Assembly: GCA_051294375.1 (NCBI GenBank)
Contig: JBJCIZ010001399.1
Span: 1-9,044, forward strand
Length of the DNA: 9,044 nucleotides
Source: Paraspadella gotoi
Taxonomy: Eukaryota; Animalia; Chaetognatha
Direction of reading: 5' to 3'
This document shows, one piece after another, positions 7,761 through 9,044 of this stretch. The first letter of the stretch is position 1; every line of letters starts with the position of its first letter. A program made the translations under genes and the position numbers. Below the pieces are notes generated by a model. It was given only the letters and a program-made list of their open reading frames with translations. It was not told the DNA's origin and searched no databases.

Positions 7761-8559
7761 CTGTGTTTGTATTTTTAAAGCATTTCATTTTTAAAAATCC
7801 TGGTTGTTTTTTCCATTCTTTTTCTTTTCTATAATATCAGATATTTGTCTTTGTGTCGGTGGTTTATTAAATTCTAAACTTTCATTCTCGGTTTTTATCA
7901 TATTTAATGAAATTTAGTTTAACTTTCTCGTGAATGGGTGATATCTCACGTTACATCTTTTATATATGTTTTCGTAATAGGATGCTACATTTTCCATGTT
8001 TTCTTCAGGCTGGTATAATCTTTCTCCATTATTGTTTTTTTGTTATGAGACATTCTAAAATGTGATCTGTTGTAAGTGCTTTTGTTTTCTTTCCAAAATA
8101 AACCACGGGTTGAGTCACTTATAATTGATTTAAATTTTTTGGTAAGTTTAATTTTTTTTCGTTTAATATTTGGTTTCTTTATTTTTTCTTGACAAGTTCT
8201 CAATTTTTTTTTTAAATTAGTTTTTCTCATTCATTCTCTTTCATTTATTATAGCTTTTTTAATTTTTTGTTTTTCTTTTCTCAGTTGTTTTATCGTATTT
8301 GAGAATTGTTTCCTTTTTTTAAATTTTAATAGTGGTTTTTCCTATAGATTTCATCGCAGCTGATTCACTTCACGGATCCATTTTTTATACCTTGTATTTA
8401 TACAGGTTGATTTTTTTGTAATTATAGTTTTAATTGTTTCTTTGTCGGTGGTTTAACTCTTTTTTAAACAAATTCCACTTGTGTGGTGGTGCTCGGATAT
8501 TCCAAGTGATTGTTTTTGTATTGCGGGGTGGGCTATGTTTGTTAGATTAAGACGAAGTT

Positions 8560-9044
8560 AAGATAGTGTTTGTGATCAGTGTTTATTTTTTCCTTTTATT
8601 TCATTATACCGTCTTTTCGTCAATAAGCACCTGTTGTATCCATTCTGATACGTTTGACTTACTACAATAAAATTCAATTGCTGATATTTCATTTATGTTT
8701 TTGGTGTTTTTCCTTGTGATTTTTCCTATACATTTAGATTGTTATTCATGATAATAAGATTGGTTTCGTTTAGAACATCAAGTAATAGTTTACCGTTACG
8801 GCTAATGTCTCTCTCCTAATATCCCAATTTTAGCATTTCCGTCCATCGCTAGAAAGATTTTCTCCTTCATTTGCTATTTCAGTTTATCTCTTCGGCTAAT
8901 AGTTGCATTTCTTGTTTCGATTTCTGCTTTTGATGTTCTAGTTTCTTTTGTTTGCCATAGTATGTACCAATCAGTATATGTCTATTATTTTTCCTTCTTA
9001 TACTGATCCATAATATTTCCTAAGTCTCTTTTCAGATTTATGGA
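8560..9044 (-). pseudogene. ORF2 APE endonuclease, C-terminal two-thirds (frameshifted)
   Basis: EILWISIRRKNNRHILIGTYYGKQ (HILIGTYYGKQ at 8980->8948), IFLAMDGNAKIG (8858->8823; GDFN-equivalent), DISRNGKLLLDVLNETNLIIMN, SAIEF and TDH (8580->8572; terminal SDH-equivalent). Confidence 0.88.

Larger units (their letters stand above)
5686..9044 (-). mobile_element. 3' arm of the same LINE family (ORF2 from APE aa ~88 to the 3' tail), heavily frameshifted
   Basis: Reverse-complement translation across frameshifts gives APE, RT and C-terminal knuckle motifs in the correct order, then AATAAA and an (AAATC)n tail. The A-rich sense strand is the minus strand here. Confidence 0.95.

Noticed and set aside
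2022-9044. Twin-priming 5' inversion as the explanation for the arm orientation
   Set aside because: Twin priming places the inverted 5' piece directly upstream of the 3' piece. Here the arms point toward each other with about 3.7 kb between the break and the tail.
1-9044. Prokaryotic retron, DGR or RT-based defence system
   Set aside because: The RT is fused to an APE endonuclease and a CCHC end with a LINE-type ORF1 and tail. This is eukaryotic non-LTR architecture with no operon features.

Overview
AT-rich eukaryotic (probably invertebrate metazoan) sequence dominated by one non-LTR retrotransposon (LINE) family. The left arm (1-2021, + strand) is clean: 5' UTR, an intact 466-aa ORF1 (N-terminal helical motif, coiled coil, SGNH-esterase-like domain) and the first 87 codons of ORF2 (APE endonuclease). 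The right arm (5686-9044, - strand) carries the rest of ORF2 with many frameshifts: remainder of APE, reverse transcriptase, C-terminal CCHC-like knuckle, then 3' UTR, AATAAA and an (AAATC)n tail. The right arm starts at the window edge at essentially the codon where the left arm stops, so the two arms together give one full-length element. The middle (2022-5685) is mostly (GA)n/(TC)n/purine-rich low-complexity sequence, but it contains short seeds that match the right arm's reverse complement in strict mirror order. The most economical reading is a fold-back (palindromic) long-read or amplification chimera with a badly base-called middle, not a new biological system. A real inverted duplication is the alternative. 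The biologically interesting parts are ORF1 (variant SGNH catalytic motifs, possible SAP/HeH-like N-terminus) and the ORF1-ORF2 junction. All alignments were done by eye; no database searches were run.
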